Positions 62,596 to 64,000 of a DNA stretch of 64,000 nt are shown piece by piece. The position numbers and the translations under genes are program-made. The notes under the pieces are model-generated. The model was not told the origin of the DNA, searched no databases, and saw only the letters and a program-made list of their open reading frames with translations. Every line of letters begins with the position of its first letter. Position 1 is the first letter of the stretch. Source of the stretch: Felis catus (taxonomy: Eukaryota); the NCBI RefSeq assembly GCF_018350175.1, contig NC_058368.1:134170001-134234000 (forward strand), in the 5' to 3' direction.

Positions 62596-62817
62596 TAAAA
62601 AAACTTTTTTTTTTAACGTTTATTTATTTTTGAGACAGGGAGAGACAGAGCATGAACGGGGGAGGGTCAGAGAGAGAGGGAGACAAAGAATCTGAAACAG
62701 GCTCCAGGCCCTGAGGTGTCAGCACAGAGCCCAACGCAGGGCTCGAACTCATGGACCACGAGATCATGACCTGAGCCAAAGTTGGACACTTAACCAACTG
62801 AGCCACCCAGGCACCCC
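62596..62817 (-). mobile_element. CanSINE (SINEC_Fc2-like)
   Basis: TSD TGGGGTAGACTTT at 62583-62595 and 62818-62830. Confidence 0.96.
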
Positions 62818-63836
62818 TGGGGTAGACTTTCTTGCCACAGCTTCCCTGCATACTCAGATAAAGGAAGTATGAAATCCTGAGCAAGCAAATTAATTTTACA
62901 AAGCCCTGAGAAGCTGAATTTAACGTTCCAGTGGAGACCATTGGAAAACTATGCTGAGTGCTTTCAGTGAAAATTCTACTTACTGCCCAGCTGTAACCGA
63001 CAGATGTGGTGTTATAACTGGCAGGAAATCAGATTGTTAAGAGACAGCTAACAGAGTGTAACATGATGAATCCAGGGCAACCATGATTCACATGTCTTGA
63101 TTCCAGATTGGGACTCTCTGTTAGGATGTAAAGTACGTTACCCAGATTCATTCCCTTAGAAATTGTTCCAGAGATTTGTCTAGAGACATCAGAACATCCC
63201 ACAAACCCACAAGTTATTTTCTGAACACGTTACTTGTAATATAATGACCACATGAGTTATCATTCAAAATTCTCTTGGGGAAGAATGTGAATTCAGATGG
63301 AATGGTGATATTCTGCCGGGCACAGTGAGAAGTGTAGTCACTGTATTTATGAAGAACTTGCCCATTGGGCCAAGTGTCTGATGAGAGAGAGAGAGAGTGA
63401 CTGGTGGTTTCTCCACCTTCTTGCAGCATGAACAGGAAAACTTGCTTGTTGATAATGCTTCCATGATTGACCAGCAGTGTTACCATAGGTTAACTATTTT
63501 TGAAAGATAGAAATAACTAAATTCGGGTTTTCAGTTAATTTATTAATTTTGTAGCCACTTGTTAAGCTTTTTTTGAAGCAACTTCACCCCTAAGAGTGTC
63601 TGGGACATTGGCTTCCAACCTGCTTCTTGTTGTAACATGCCAGAGTGTGATCAGTCATGAGGTATGTTACAAATGATAGGTAAGGTGTCAAAATTTGTAA
63701 CATTATTTTTATATAAACTTAGATGAAATCAGGGTTACCACAACAATGATATAACTCCCACTTAACCTGTATTCTAAAACGCTTTCTGGAAAAAAAAAAT
63801 CCCAAATGAATTAGACAGAGATGGAGAACCAGCCCC

Positions 63837-64000
63837 TTATTTTATTTTATTTTATTTTATTTTATTTTATTTTATTTTATTTTATTTTATTTTTTCAACG
63901 TTTATTTATTTTTGGGACAGAGAGAGACAGAGCATGAACGGGGGAGGGCCAGAGAGAGAGGGAGACACAGAACCTGAAACAGGCTCCAGGCTCTGAGCCA
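63837..64000 (-). mobile_element. Young CanSINE running off the window; tail is a (TTTTA)n repeat at 63837-63895
   Basis: CAACGTTTATTTATTTTTGGGACAGAGAGAGACAGAGCATGAACGGGGG...CTCTGAGCCA. Confidence 0.95.

Overview
AT-rich, CpG-poor mammalian nuclear DNA from a carnivore, almost certainly a felid: it carries cat-type tRNA-derived CanSINEs and a cat-type L1 3' end. It reads as intronic or intergenic. I could not recognise any host protein-coding exon, and nearly all ORFs in the track are repeat-derived or chance. The window holds about 22 CanSINE copies of at least three ages, most with readable target-site duplications (TSDs). It also has one young 5'-truncated L1, older L1/L2/MIR/MaLR/MER5 relics, probable solo ERV LTRs, a tailless 5S rRNA retropseudogene, microsatellites and several small local duplications. 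I found no convincing novel multi-gene system. The best unexplained signals are a 91-bp near-perfect inverted repeat (54930-55020), a perfect AGAACAnnnTGTTCT steroid-receptor element flanked by two XRE-like motifs (57515-57571), and a ~400-bp unidentified segment interrupting an old L1 (51093-51500). Repeat subfamily names come from recalled consensus sequences and need RepeatMasker/Dfam confirmation.
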